The position numbers and the translations under genes were made by a program. The notes below the pieces were generated by a model. It made no database searches. It saw only the letters and a program-made list of their open reading frames with translations, and was not told where the DNA came from. Below, one piece after another: positions 1 through 11,078 of a DNA stretch of 64,000 nt (positions are counted from its first letter, which is position 1; every line of letters begins with the position of its first letter). Source of the DNA: Gnetum montanum (lineage: Eukaryota > Plantae > Gnetophyta); assembly GCA_015680685.1 (NCBI GenBank), contig MNCI01000590.1, forward strand, positions 46,368 through 110,367, given 5' to 3'.

Positions 1-3000
1 CCAGTTATTCCTCATGATAATATGCTTTGACCTTGAATGAAAAGAAGCATTTTTACTAAGATGGATAGTATGTTGACTATTACATTACAAGATATACCTA
101 TCTTGCTTACACCTGAGCTCCTATAGGAATTTCTTTATCCATAGTAATTTCTTGCTAGCTTTAGTAGCTACAATGAACTTTGCTTCCATTTTTTGAAAGT
201 GTAACACATTTCTGAAGCTTTGATTGCCAAGATACAACTCCCCCTTCAAAGGTTATTAGATAACCCAATATGAATTTTCTAGAGTCTACATTTCTAGCCA
301 TATCAACATTAGAATAAACCTCTAGTTCAAGCTTTCAACTTCCAAAACATAGTGAAAGTTTGGAAGTTCCTCAAGGATACCTAAGAATCCATTTAACTAT
401 AGCCCAATGCTCTCCTCCTAGATTAAAGAGAAATCTACTCATAACACCAATTGCATAAGCAATGTTTGGTCTTGGGCAAACCATAGCATACATCAAAGTT
501 CTTACTACTGAAGCATATGGAATCTTGATCATTTCTTCCTTCTCCTTTTCTATGGAATGGCACTACTCCTTGCTCAACTTGAAGTGATTAGCAAGTGATG
601 AATTTATTGTTTTATCTTGGTTCATGTGGAACCTCTCTAGCACTTTCTCAATGTATTTCTCTTGTGATCGTCATACTTTCCTAGAACTTCTATCCTAGTA
701 AATGTTCATACCAAGGATCTGCTTACATGGACTCAAATCTATCATAGAAAAACATTTGCAAAGATCCTTCTTCAAATTGTTGATCTTCTAGACATCCTTG
801 CCAACAATCAACATATCATCTACATAAAGTAGGAGGATAAGGAAGTTTCCATCTGCAAATTTTTTCACAAACACACAATGATCTGTAATAGTCTTTTTGT
901 AGTCATGATCTATCATAAAAGACTCAAACTTCTTGTACCATTCCCAAGGTGCTTGCTTTAATTCATACATACTCTTCTTTAGTCTACACACTATGTTTGC
1001 TTTTCATTTGACTTTGAACCCATCTAGTTACTCCATATAGATCTCTTCCTTCAAATCACCATGGAGAAAGGTAGTCTTCACATCCATTTCCTCAACCTCC
1101 AAGTTTAGACTTGTAGCTAAACTCAAAATCATTCTAACAGATGTCATCTTCACCACTGGTGTAAAGATTTCTTCAAGGTTAATGCCTTACTTTTGATTAA
1201 AGCCTTTCACAACTAGCCTCACCTTATACCTTATTTCATTGCCATTAGCCTTTAGCCAATACACCCACTTATTCTTCAATGCTTTTCTTCCTTTTGGTAA
1301 TTCCACTAACTCATATGTTTCATTCTTCTTCAATGACTGCATTTCTGATTACATGGCTTTGATCCACTCCTCGTATTTATCTATCAGAGCCTTGTCATAA
1401 CTTTCAAGTTCTTCCCCTTTAGTCAACACCACATACTCATTAGGGGAATACCTTCTAGAAGGCTAGTTACTTCTTGTTGATCTCCTCAATGGTACTTCAA
1501 CTGCATCTTGACTTTGTTGTTGACCATCATCTGTGGAAGCCTAAGTAAATTCTTGTTCATTTCCACTTTGATTCTATGATTTAGGTGAAAGGACAGGATT
1601 ATGATTCACCTTATCACTTTGCTTTAGTTTCTAGATCTTCTTATTAATGTCTCTGATAAATTGATCTTCAAAGAATACAATATCTCAGCTTTTAACTATT
1701 TTCTTTGTAATATGATCAAATAGTCTATAGCCAAACTCATCATTTCCATATCCCAAAAATATGCATTCCCTAGTTTTTCCATCCATCTTAGATCTCTCGT
1801 CCTTTGGGATGTGCACAAATGCTCTACAAACAAACACTTTCAAATGATCATAGAAGACATCATTATTACACTAGACTCTGCTTGGAATATCTCCACCTAG
1901 AGGAATTGAGGAAGAAAGATTGATCAGATTAGTAGTTGTCTTCACCGCTTTTCCCCAAAAGGGTTTGGATAACTTTGTAAGTGATAGCATGCTCCTAGAC
2001 TTTTCCACAATAGTTTGGTTCATCCTTTCAACTAGAACATTTAGTTAAGGAATCTTTGAAGGAGTCTTCTGGTGCCAAATACCATGACTCTTGCAATACT
2101 CAAAGAATGTTCCCAAGTATTTACCTCTGTTGTCTATTCTAATACACTGCAACATCTTGCCAGTCTCTCTTTCTACACTTGGATGGAATTGCTTGAACAC
2201 GTATACCACCTGGTCTTTCATTGTTAAGGTGTATATCAACACCTTTCCAACAATAAATGTGACAAAGTAGCATGCCCCATGAAGTGATCTTGTTGGCATA
2301 GGACCACAAGTATCAAAATGCACTAGATCTAAAACATGCTTACTTCTATGTGGAAGTGACATCTAAAAGGTGACTTTATGCTACTTTCTAGCTAAACAAT
2401 CTACACAGCTCTTCAAATGTGTGCCTTTCACCTTCAGAAGTATATTCTTCTTGGCTAGGATATCTAGCCCCTTTTGGCTAATGTGGCCTATCTTTTTATG
2501 CCATAGCTCCATTGTCGCTTCATCCTCCACCACATTGATGGTGTCTCTGATGACATGTGTTTCTTTTTTCCTCTAGCTACCACCAAGGAACCCTTGGAGA
2601 GTTTTCAATGTCCTTCTTTGAAGTTGTTCTCGTAGTCATCATTATCCAGTTTCATCACAGATATCAAGTTCAGTCTAATATCTGAAACATGTTTGACATT
2701 TCTCATAGTTATTCTGCAACCAATATCTATCCTTAAGCAAACATCTCCTATGATGATTGCTTTCCTTTAATAATCATTTTCCATCTTTTCTTTACCATAG
2801 TCTCCTTGAGTGTAGGATGAAAAGAAGTCTCTTTTCAATGTCATATGAATAGAAGCACCACTATCAATTACCCAATTTGTTTCCTAGGTTGCCAAATTGA
2901 TAGTATCAGCATCACTCATGTTTTGAGGATGTAAGCCTCCTAAAAAAATTAAAGCCTGATCTCCATCATTCTCATTTGGGTGCTATTGTTGCAGCTCCTC

Positions 3001-4540
3001 TTGCTTCAGCTTTCTGCAATTCTTCTTCATGTGCCCCTTCTTGCCATAGTGACAACATTCAATCTCCTTTTTGGATTTGGACTTGCTTCTAGCATTTCCA
3101 TGCTTTTATGGATCTTTGCTTTGGCTCCTTCCCTAGTTTTTTGTAACCAATGCCTTAGAATTGGAATTTGTAGAGCCCATCGTCTTTCTCCTAATTTCTT
3201 CATTTAGGAGATTGCTCTTGATTTGGTTGAACAATACAACTCCATTTGGGGCTAAGTTTGTTATCAACATTCTGAGTGTCTCCCAACTTTGTGGTAAGGA
3301 ATCAAGAATTACCAAACCCTGTAATTCTTTGTCAAAGTTGATTTTCAAATTTGCAAGTTGATTCATAATACCCTACATCTCATGGAGATGGTCATATATG
3401 GAAGTACCTTCTTTGTACTTGGTTTTCATCAATTTTGTTATCAAATACATTTTATTTCCTCTCATCTTTCTAACATACATATCCTCTAGCTTATCCAATA
3501 GACTTTTGGCAGATTTTTGTGCGGAGACAACATGATAAACATTATCATCCATCCAATGATGAACATACCCTACAACTTGCCTATCCAACATTTGCCACTC
3601 CTCATCATCCATTGTTGCTAGTTTTTTACCAATGATAGGAGCATAAAATTTTTTACAATATAAAAGGTCTTCCATTTTCCCCTTCCATAACTGATAATTT
3701 TCAAAATTAAAATAAACCATTCTACCAATATTTATATCCATACTACTGACTCCACTATTGTTGCTAGTGTTTGCCATAACACACAAAAATACTCAACAAA
3801 TTTTGCAGCAAATTCCATGTGCTACAATGCCATTTTGCTGTTTGTGATCTCCAACCTAGCACTTCAATGCCAGTTATTGGGAAAAAAAGGGAACACCACA
3901 AACTAGCTTATGCAGTATTTTCCCACTTGTGTGTTAAAATCAAGATATAAACTAATAGAGTAGATAGTAGAAGTAAAGTGCAAAATAATAGCATGCAATA
4001 ACATAAAGATTTTTGTGGTTCACCACTGGCCAAACTCTAAATAAATATTCTACTACTACTAAATGGTAAGAATACAAAATGTCTCTCTAGTCAATTATTA
4101 GAGGTATACAAAATTGACACACACCTTCATGAATAATATTCTTGGAATAACAACGAGAAACCCAAGCTCACAAGACTTATTTGTGTGTGTCTCCCTCCTT
4201 TGGCCTCTCTCTCTTTGGCCTTTGGGTTCTCATTTGCCCTTGCACCCATTTGCCATTTCTGTTGGACTTACACGCAAGAGAAACCTTCACCCCAAGCAGA
4301 GTGTAAAAGGAAGAGAAGGAAGAATGTCGCATTCAAACAAGATTCCAAGATTCACAAATAAGTCCAAGTTTGTTTGTTTTAAATCCTCCTCGATTTGCTC
4401 TCTTGACTCAAAGGCATGGATGCCAAATATCTCTTACACAAGGCGATTGCGATGCTCCAATTAATGCTTCAGATCCTCCTAGCAGTTACTTTACAAGTAC
4501 CACCTATTCAAATATTGCATCTCATCATTTCTCTCCAAGA
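1..4540 (-). mobile_element. Degenerate Ty1/Copia retrotransposon (Tork/Tnt1-like): 5' LTR, gag, protease, integrase, RT, start of RNase H; runs off the left edge
   Basis: Minus-strand fragments in Copia order: gag 3786-3133 (NYQLWKGKMEDLL, LPQSWETL), protease WVIDSGASIHM near 2870-2845, pre-integrase LWHKKIGHISQKGL near 2500, integrase 2362-2045 (LDLVHFDTCGPM), RT 991-788 (LKKSMYELKQAP..LLLYVDDMLIVG). Many stops and frameshifts. Confidence 0.95.
3875..4540 (-). repeat. Probable 5' LTR of the Copia element
   Basis: A degenerate iMet-type PBS (minus TGGCATTGAAGTGC, 3872-3859) abuts a ...CCCAATA LTR end. The far boundary is guessed at ctccaaga (4540), which resembles the reverse complement of TGTTGGAG. 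Confidence 0.5.
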
Positions 4541-4909
4541 ATGCCACCTAATTAAATAAAATAAAACAGAATTTGGTGCACTGATGATTAACCCCCAAAA
4601 AATCCCTACCCTTGGCACTATTCTCTTGACCTAAAACACCGGAGTTGAGGCCCACAAGCAGGCGATGTTGTTCACAAGTCACGTCAAGTTTCTTAAGAGC
4701 GGAACTTGCTTCTAATACGACGCAAGCAATGAAATCATTCCACCGAAAGACGTTGCCAACAAGACAGACGGCTTTCACGAATAAGAGAAGATAAGCATGC
4801 CCTTTTACGGCAGATGGGCGGCTGCGAAAAAGCCAAGCCATGTATCATAACCGGGTCTGCACCACCTTCATCCTGAATTAAAAAACTTTAATTCCGTTCC
4901 GTGCGGTGC

Positions 4910-5105
4910 GGCCGCAACGTCGTGCAGTGCGTGAAACTTCATTCCGTGTTGGCCAGAATGACAATAATACTGCTGCATGTCTGCACCACCTTTTGACTCT
5001 ACTCCATTTCGTGCATGTTGGTCAGTGGAAGATCCCTGAAACCCGTAACATCATTATTAGCTTTCTGTTTCATAATTTAATGCTCGAAAATGAAATCCTC
5101 CCGTG
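4910..5105 (+). repeat. Diverged duplicate of the RLP upstream region at 22601-22780
   Basis: AACGTCGTGCAGTGCGTGAAACTTCATTCCGTGTTGGCCAGAATGACAATAATACTGCT is identical at both sites. CACCACCTTTTGACTCT, TCATTATTAGCTTTCTGTTTC and CTCGAAAATGAAATCCTC follow in both. Confidence 0.9.
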
Positions 5106-5394
5106 CTCTATGACAACGAGATAAAGTTAAAACTTAAATTTTATTTTTCTAATTAAAATCGTTGAGTCCGGTGAATGCACTAACTAAAAGAAGCATTTTA
5201 TTAATATTTAAATTTTAAGAATTAGAAATATATTGGCCCATCATAACAAGAAATCACATTTTCTGTCGTGCATGGCGGTCACTGGTCCGATAAATAGAAC
5301 TTTTAATTCAAGGGGCTCTTCCTTGAAATTTTTAAAAATTTCCAACTCTCCTCAATAGTTATCATCATTTGCATTAACAAAGAGTTGGTAATGA

Positions 5395-8300
5395 ACTTGC
5401 TCTAGTTCATCCATGCCTATGACATATGCGCATGTCAGGTTCTGAGTAGGTTCCATGCAAAGTGTGCTACTTTTAGAATCAGCAATTAGCCACTAGGTGC
5501 CCTCTTGTTTTATGGCTATTACATATAGACACATTTGAATATCTACTTCAAGTGCACACTACCTATATGTAGAAATGGATGCTTGTTTAATGGACTAGAT
5601 TTTCTACATGCAATTGCACCCTATATTGCTATACACAATGCATGGAACTCACTTCTTCTGAATCTTTTTGAAAGCATTTTCCTTAGATAACTCCAAGGAA
5701 AGATCTCTAATGTCCATTCTTCCATCAACAATGCTTAGCCATGCCCTTTCCATGATAATAGGGAAGTCCCCTTTACATTTCTCCACCTTGATTACTAGTA
5801 AATTAGTAAGATAAGATCACCCATAGATAGTGGTCACAATGTCTTCCACTAATCCCAATGGAATAGTAATGAACTGGTCTACCAATTCCAAGTAGATGTT
5901 GCTCTTATTAAGGGGTGATAGGTTCTAGATAATATACATCTCATAAGAAATCAAGTTCACACCCAAACCTAAATCAAGAAGATCTTTACATGGTTCATTC
6001 CCAGTAATCTATAAGTAAATAAGAGGACTCCTAGGATCAGCTAATTTCTTGTGAAGGTTTCCAACCTAGATCTAATCAAATACGACATGAGTGAGCATAA
6101 GAGTATAGATCCTAGGTTACATTTGGTTTGAATGGGACTCAAAGGAATTAGATGTAGAGGAAGATGGAGAAGCAATGTTGCCAACCGCATGTGTATGTAA
6201 GAGCTTAGGTGGACTACTGGATCAAAAAAGGATCGTTTCCCTATTCTAGTGTTTGAACCACTCGATTGAGGAATTGGTTGTAGATTAATGACCCTAGTAG
6301 CATTATGTTGTTTTGGTTGGGTTGGAAATTCACCTTGCATAGATGGATCAGGTGGTAGTTGTGTTGAGGGTGGAGGAATAGATGCAAGAAAAAGAGGAGG
6401 ATAAGGATAAAAAGTGGTATCCCTCAAATGTGGAGAATGAGTTCAATAATATTTGAAAGAGTAGTAGTGATGTTGGAAAGTAGAAACCTGACTAGAAGAG
6501 TCATGTGGAGATAGGGGTTGTTGAACATAATACCCATATGAATCAGGTTATCAGTAAGGGTATTGCGACCTTGGTGATGGTAGTGCCCATGATTATGGTT
6601 GCTACCACTATTGATACTACTCATATGGTTGTCGTGGAGTTTTACTTGGATAATACTACTGTTGCTAATGGAACTACCTAGGATTTCCTTGAGGATTAGA
6701 TAATTTTCTAAGTGTTTTCCTTCTTACTATTCATGGATTTAGAGCATACATCCCAGACTCTTGTAAGTGTAAAACAATGGGGTAACATCCTTTAAGATGT
6801 TTATATTGGTAGATGTCACACCCACCGTCATCATTTGATTCAGTCTTTGCAACTTCTTCTACTGCAACAATCTTGCCCTTACCCCTTTAATTGGCATGTT
6901 TAGCTTCTTTTTGCCTCTTGCAATCATGATTACTACCTTGTTCTTTGAACTCTTTAGAAATTTTCAAGACAATTTGAAATTGGCTATTCATGGAGTCCCA
7001 TAGCTAATCTACCTTAGCCTAAATTTCAGAGGTTTATTTTTGAATCTGTAAGGTCTTATGGTTCACCACCTTATTAAATGATGATTCCTCCTCATTGTCA
7101 CAAAATTGAACCTTCCTCTTACAAATGGAAGGATCATGGTTGTATTCTTTTGCACTTTCATGTTTCCTCAACTCTTCTTCTTCTTTTGCTACCTACTCAA
7201 TCAATCATTGAATCTTATGAGCTCTTAATTCTAACAATTTCCCTTGGGCACAGATGCCAAGAGTTCTCTTTGTTTTTTATCAGAGCCCATCTATGATGTG
7301 ACAAAGTTGTTTCAGTTGAGAATAACCATGGCTAGGATATCTGTGTAATAGAGAATAGTATCAACCCATGGTGGCATCCAAGGATTCATGTGTCCCTTGT
7401 TTCCATCTTTGGATTTTGCCTCCTCAAGTTGGAGACTTGGGAGTATATCTAATATTTGTCATTGAATAGTTCAAGCATTGTACTCCACCATCTGATGGAT
7501 TCTAGTTCTAAGGACTAGTACTAGCTTCCTGCTTCTTTAATGAGTATCCTAGGGAACAACTTAAGCTTTTGTTACTCATTTTCAATATTTTGCAAGGCAC
7601 AAACATCATGGAAAGGTTGAAGATGATTTTGTAAATTTTACTTATATCCCCCTTCAAACCTAGGAATATTGTTCATGTCGAGCCTCTTGATTCGACTATC
7701 CTTAATGTGTGTTGTAGGAATTCTCACTACCTCTATAATGTTTAGCATGCTTTGGGTAGCAAGAAAAGGCTCATCAAGGCCATAATTTTGGTGCCTATGA
7801 TGCCCTCTACTAACCTTTCATTCATGGTGGTAGGTCTCTCTTGAACACCCATGCCTTAGGTCTTGAGTTGGCCAATGGTCCCTACAATCATCTTGGTCCC
7901 ATTGGTTACCTCCATCATGATTACACCCCCTACAATTGCATTCAGAGCTAGAAGAGGAAGATGATGATAATGAAGGTGAAGAGGAAGAAGGACTATCACC
8001 ATCATAATGCTTGCTACACCCTCTTTAATGATCATGGTCATGATCATGATCATGTTTCTTATCTGCATCTTTGCCATGGTAATCCTCCTTGGATCCTCCT
8101 TTCTCGTTGGATCCATTTTTTCCCAAAACTTGAATTATGGATCATGGACTGTAAGTTTTGATTTTGACCTCTTCACTAAAGTCAAAGAGAGAAGCTTCAT
8201 CGAATGGAAAATCCTAGAGAAGGGTTCTCCATCATCTTTGTGGTACGTAAGATATGGAAAATCATTAAACCATTTTTCCTTTGCAGATTTGTAGTGCTAC

Positions 8301-9650
8301 TCTAGTTGTCAATCCCTTAGATGTTGTGCCTCAATGGGATGATAATCCCTGGCATCACTATCCTACACAACATACTTAGCATGAAGTCCCTAGAGACCCA
8401 AACGTATAAGAGTTTTTTGGATCATCATAGGCATAGATCAATTAAGTGGCAACAAAATGTTTCCCTTCATGTCTTGTCATAGTAGCAGTTCATCATGGTG
8501 TAGGATGAAGGTGAAATTAGGTACATACTCATCAAGATGAGCATATATTACTCTATATTGTTGGGGCATCTATTGATGTACTCCATTAGATTTAGGCAAA
8601 GAATCATTCCTGTGAGACGAAGACATCTTGTGTTAGAAAATAAAAAATGTAGTGTGCTTCTTAACATTATTGTAGTTATTTTAATGTATGATATGACTCT
8701 AGGGTCATTCCAACAATCGTGAATAATTTTCACTAAGTTCTAAATAGTGCATGTAACAAACAAAAGGTCCCTGGCAATGGTGCCAATGATGAGCAGCAAG
8801 GTACCCCTACATCCAACATATGAATCACAAGCATTCATGTGTGATCCAATCAAATTTCACAAACCTTAAATTCTTAAGTACATTCGTTCTAAGATGTGAA
8901 ATCTAATTGTGACAATCGTTGTCTTCTTGACTATACTTGTGGAGCTTAATTGTATGGTTAAGTATAATTGAGGCACATGATTTTCATTATTTTATATTTT
9001 ATTTGTCTACGATTAATAACAGGTTGAAACTTGATTTATGAACCAATTTAATTAATGTAATTATTGATCAATAACTAACTATCCTAACACAATTATCCTA
9101 TCCTACTTTTTATGCACATCCTAAACACATATAATGCTACTAGGTTATCAAACATTAAGCATTGCTAGGATTACCAAGAGTCATATGCACACTTAGAGTG
9201 GTACTTATGTGCTTAATTAACTTCTATTTAATCAAACTAGCTTACTTTAGCTTAATTACTTAGGAGCATTAGAGGAAATTTCATAAACATTAAATGAATG
9301 AATAAAATATTTAAGCTAGCCATGGTGTTACAAGGTTTGATCAGAAAGCTCATCTTTATTGTTGCACACACTGCCATGCTCAAGTACAATAGTGCTCAAA
9401 TAAAGATCTGTATACTTAATGACTCCTACTATGGGCACCTTAAAAAATATTCTAACTCTAGAAAAAATAAATTGTAAGAGCTATTCTATGCTATGAAAAA
9501 AAATATATGGAAACCATGTGCCCAAGTGCTATATTTATAAGCTAGCACATACCCCACAATATCAAATATCCAACATCGCATCTTGGGGCCTGATATCGAA
9601 TACCTAACATTGCAACTTTGATATCGTATATCCAATATCGGAGCACTACA
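5395..9650 (-). mobile_element. Athila-like RT-less LTR element, copy B (5' LTR 8787-9650, PBS, gag, protease; 3' truncated)
   Basis: LTR termini TGTAG...CATCA on the minus strand. PBS 8785-8768 TGGCACCATTGCCAGGGA (tRNA-Asp-type). Gag and protease are collinear with copy A (MNNIPRFEGG near 7670, LLDLGLGVNLI near 5980). The post-protease tail matches A 13950-14090. Confidence 0.85.
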
Positions 9651-9880
9651 AAATATGATTCATTAGTATTATAAGGATTAGGTTGTCGATATGGATACTA
9701 TTGATGTGGTAGTCGCATGGCCCATGATTGATGCTATTACCACTATTGATAATATTTCTCCTACAATTACAGTAAAGGTCCACTAGGATAATACATTGGT
9801 TGAAGATTTTGGTAGTAGCTATGTTGAGAATAAGGTAACCATTTGGGCATTTATTTTTAAACAAATTTCGTGTTAAGTGT
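9651..9880 (-). mobile_element. Gag fragment of copy C, split from 17240-19430 by insertion of copy A
   Basis: Removing 9881-17239 joins ...cgtgttaagtgt|gtatgcccttgtttcttacaaatgtgc, which is collinear with copy B gag at about 6490-6800. Confidence 0.75.
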
Positions 9881-10939
9881 TGATGGGACGCGATATCGCA
9901 TGGGCCGCGATATCGTGTACGCGATATCACATCCACCGTGATATCGCATCCCATGCGATATCGCGTACACGATATCGCGTCCTACCCTGCGATATCACGT
10001 ATGCGATATCACGTCCCGCTATCATATCTATAAATAAGAGGTGGCACTCCCTTCATTTCTCATCCTAGGCTAGAAGTAGCGAAGCTCTGGTGGATTGATC
10101 ACCCCAGAGATAGAATATTTTCCATGTACCCACAATAAGAGTCCCCCAAGTGAACGGATCTTTATTCGAGCAGCTTTGTACCTGAACACAAGTTGTGTAC
10201 AACAATAAAGATGAGCTTTGTGGATAAACCTTGTAGTACATGGATAGGTTTTATTATTTGTTATTTATTACCTGTTGTTAGTGCGGTACGAGTACGACTT
10301 GATTACGAGCATCTACGGATGTGTACGGCTAGGCAAGGAATCGGCTACTCGTCGCAACGCAGTATGAGTACGACTTGATTACGAGCATTGACGAATGTGT
10401 ACGACTAATCAAGGAATTAGCTACTCATCGCGATTAGGCTAGATCGTGGGATAAGTACGACTTGGCTACGAGCACCTATGGGTATGTATAGCTAGTTAAG
10501 GAATCGGCTGCTTATCACACTTAGGCTAGTTAGGTGCCTTAGTACAACCACTTTGAGCACGTGCGTTACATGTGGTGATCCCTGTAACGATTAGTGTTTG
10601 GTAGCCACAGTTTCATAGTTCAAGGTGTGTACGGTAAGTGGGAACAGATGCTAATGCTAGTTAATTTAGACTTAGGTCCTTAGTTAGAGTTAGGTAGCTT
10701 TCTCAACCCTTCACCCTCATAGCTTAGGAGAAAAACCATAAAAGATCAAAAAAATCATATACCTCGGACTTACTTAACCATACACCATGACAACAACAAG
10801 TAAGTCTAGGAAGACAACGAATGATTAACCCCAAGTGTTCCATGGGGTGTTTAGGCATTTAGTCTGCGGAGTTCGACCGGATCGCACGTGTTATGCTCGT
10901 TTCGTATGGTTGAGTGTAGATGTACCTCGCCACTCATCA
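9881..10939 (+). repeat. 5' LTR of copy A
   Basis: Direct repeat of 16213-17234, with TATA (CTATAAATA) near 10028. I counted 13 substitutions (11 transitions) against the 3' LTR in the 180-bp block 10021-10200. Confidence 0.97.
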
Positions 10940-10940
10940 T

Positions 10941-10958
10941 TGGTGCCGTTGTTGGGGA
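10941..10958 (+). promoter_or_regulatory. Primer-binding site, tRNA-Asp type
   Basis: TGGTGCCGTTGTTGGGGA lies 1 nt after the LTR end. It is a deaminated form of the Athila consensus TGGCGCCGTTGCCGGGGA. Confidence 0.9.
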
Positions 10959-11078
10959 CTAAGTGTTTGTATGCCAAATGAACATAAGGGATATCACTCA
11001 CATCATTGTGATCCTTAACGAACCTTCGGGTTAATCAAATAAAAATTATATAATGGTGAATTTAGCACACTGATAAAA

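Noticed and set aside
9881-10939. Hammerhead ribozyme (retrozyme) in the non-autonomous LTRs
   Set aside because: No CTGANGA..GAAA core with flanking stems was found by eye in the LTRs. An Infernal scan would settle it.
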